DNA of 61,146 nucleotides, the filler included. It is 9 parts of 9 records of this genome, joined end to end, with 100 filler letters (N's around TTAATTAATTAA, not from the genome) between each part and the next. Parts side by side here need not be neighbours in the genome. Positions count along the whole stretch, not along the records: positions 56,106 to 61,146 come from SRR31156797_45498; 8 more parts are not named here. One strand, 5' to 3'. Below the pieces are notes generated by a model, which saw nothing but the letters and a program-made list of their open reading frames with translations, made no database searches and was not told the origin of the DNA. Below, piece after piece: positions 59,746-61,146 of the stretch. The translations under genes were made by a program, and so were the position numbers. Numbering within the stretch: position 1 is the stretch's first letter; the number at the start of each line of letters is the position of its first letter.

Positions 59746-61146
59746 AGCCACCCTCATCGATGCCGGCGTGCGGGTCGGCCTGGTCACGACCGAGTTCGTC
59801 GACGGGCTGCGGCTCCAGGCCAAGCGGGAGCGGCTTCACCTGTTGGAAGTGGTTACCCGCGCCGGCCGGTTTCCCGAGACCGCTTTGTATCAAGCCCTGG
59901 CCGATATCCGGGGTATGCCTTTCCTGCAGCCGTCAGAGCTGATCGCCGATAGCGATGCCCTGAAACGGCTGCCGCGCATCCTCCTGCAGAAACGGCTCCT
60001 GCTGCCCATACGGCAGAAGAACGGCACCCGCCTGCTGGTCCTGGCCGATCCCGACGACCGCATCAGCCTGGAGCGGACGGCCCAGGCCACCGGTGAAAGC
60101 TGGCAACCGGCCCTGGCTTATCCCGAAGACCTCAGGGCGGCCGTCGCCAAGGCCCGCAGTGCCGAGAGAACAGGTGGTCCGGCCGGTATAGCCGATGTGA
60201 AGAATATGGAATCCGCCGATCCGGTCAAATTGCTGAACGACATCATGAAGGAGGTCTACCTGAGACGGGTCTCGGACATTCATTTAGAACCGGGAGAGGG
60301 GGGCATGCGCATCCGCCTGCGGGTGGACGGCCAGATGCAGCCATTTCAGCGCACCATGAGCCCGGCCGACGAAGAGGCCCTGGTCAACCGCATCAAGGTG
60401 CTGTCCGGCCTGGACATCGCCGAGCAGCGCATGGCCCAGGACGGGGCCATGAAATACGGTATCATGGATTGGGACGTTCCCGAGAACGATATTCGTGTTG
60501 CCACCATCCCCACCCGCTGGGGCGAACGCTGCACCATGCGGATCCTGGGCCAGGACACCGAGCATTTCTCCCTGGAGCAGCTCGGCATGCCGGCCGCCAT
60601 GCTTGGGGAGTTCCGTGACGCCATTACCCGGCCCCACGGGATGATCCTGGTCACCGGCCCCACGGGCAGCGGCAAATCCACCACTCTGTATGCCGCCATC
60701 CGCGAGCTGGCCATCGACGCCGTCAACGTCCTCACCGTGGAGGATCCGGTGGAGCAGACCATCGACGGCATCAGCCAGGTGCAGGTGAGTTCCAAGGTCG
60801 GATTCGCCCAGGCCCTGCGCTCGTTTCTGCGCCACGATCCGGACGTGATCCTGGTGGGCGAGATCCGCGACCAGGAGACCTCCGACATCGGCATGCGCGC
60901 TGCCATGACCGGCCACCTGGTCCTCTCAACACTGCACACCAACGACTCGGTGGGGGCGGTCACCCGTCTGGCCGACATCGGCGCGGAGCGCTTCCTCATC
61001 GGCGCTACTGTCATCGGTGTGATGGCCCAGCGCCTGACGCGACGTCTGTGCCAAAACTGCCCTAAAAAGCGGCCGGCCCGGCCCGAAGAGCTGCAACTGC
61101 TGGGCAGACCGGCGGACAGCACCGTTGACCTGTACGAACCGACGGG
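59732..61146 (+). CDS. GspE/PilB family assembly ATPase, truncated at the window end (absent from the ORF track)
   Basis: From the ATG at 59732: SDIHLEP, RLRVDG, LDIAEQRMAQDG, TGPTGSGKSTTLY, LRHDPDVILVGEIRD, TGHLVLSTLHTND and RRLCQNC. Confidence 0.9.
   Translation, partial: MPVTEATLIDAGVRVGLVTTEFVDGLRLQAKRERLHLLEVVTRAGRFPETALYQALADIRGMPFLQPSELIADSDALKRLPRILLQKRLLLPIRQKNGTRLLVLADPDDRISLERTAQATGESWQPALAYPEDLRAAVAKARSAERTGGPAGIADVKNMESADPVKLLNDIMKEVYLRRVSDIHLEPGEGGMRIRLRVDGQMQPFQRTMSPADEEALVNRIKVLSGLDIAEQRMAQDGAMKYGIMDWDVPENDIRVATIPTRWGERCTMRILGQDTEHFSLEQLGMPAAMLGEFRDAITRPHGMILVTGPTGSGKSTTLYAAIRELAIDAVNVLTVEDPVEQTIDGISQVQVSSKVGFAQALRSFLRHDPDVILVGEIRDQETSDIGMRAAMTGHLVLSTLHTNDSVGAVTRLADIGAERFLIGATVIGVMAQRLTRRLCQNCPKKRPARPEELQLLGRPADSTVDLYEPT

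Overview
This window is a concatenation of nine unrelated contigs. They are joined by eight identical 100-bp artificial spacers (N44-TTAATTAATTAA-N44), so gene neighbourhoods are only meaningful within a contig. Gene content suggests anaerobic bacteria, mostly Desulfobacterota-like, with one Spirochaete-like contig (inference). The most notable region is contig 1 (1-10288). It carries an array of four attC-like sites that separate AT-rich genes, all with anti-phage-type domains: a coiled-coil-TIR, a second TIR protein, a translationally coupled DUF262-HNH + DUF262 pair and a DUF4365 nuclease-like protein. This looks like the distal end of an integron cassette array made only of candidate defence cassettes; the integrase is not in view. 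Contig 5 has the 3' end (domains V-VI) of a group II intron directly upstream of a 1638-aa STAND-like NTPase-TPR protein that lacks an effector domain. Other contigs carry a B12-radical SAM/methyltransferase-DUF2284 cluster, a corrinoid methyltransferase cluster (non-Pyl MttB, CobW, MtaA-thioredoxin), a ParB-like/SPL-like pair, a TolC-MacA-MacB-type exporter split by a hydrolase gene, AOR and GAPOR-like oxidoreductases, a LacI-controlled TTT transporter operon, a VOC pseudogene and a type IV pilus/T2SS-like operon. All family assignments come from motif recognition by eye, not from database searches.
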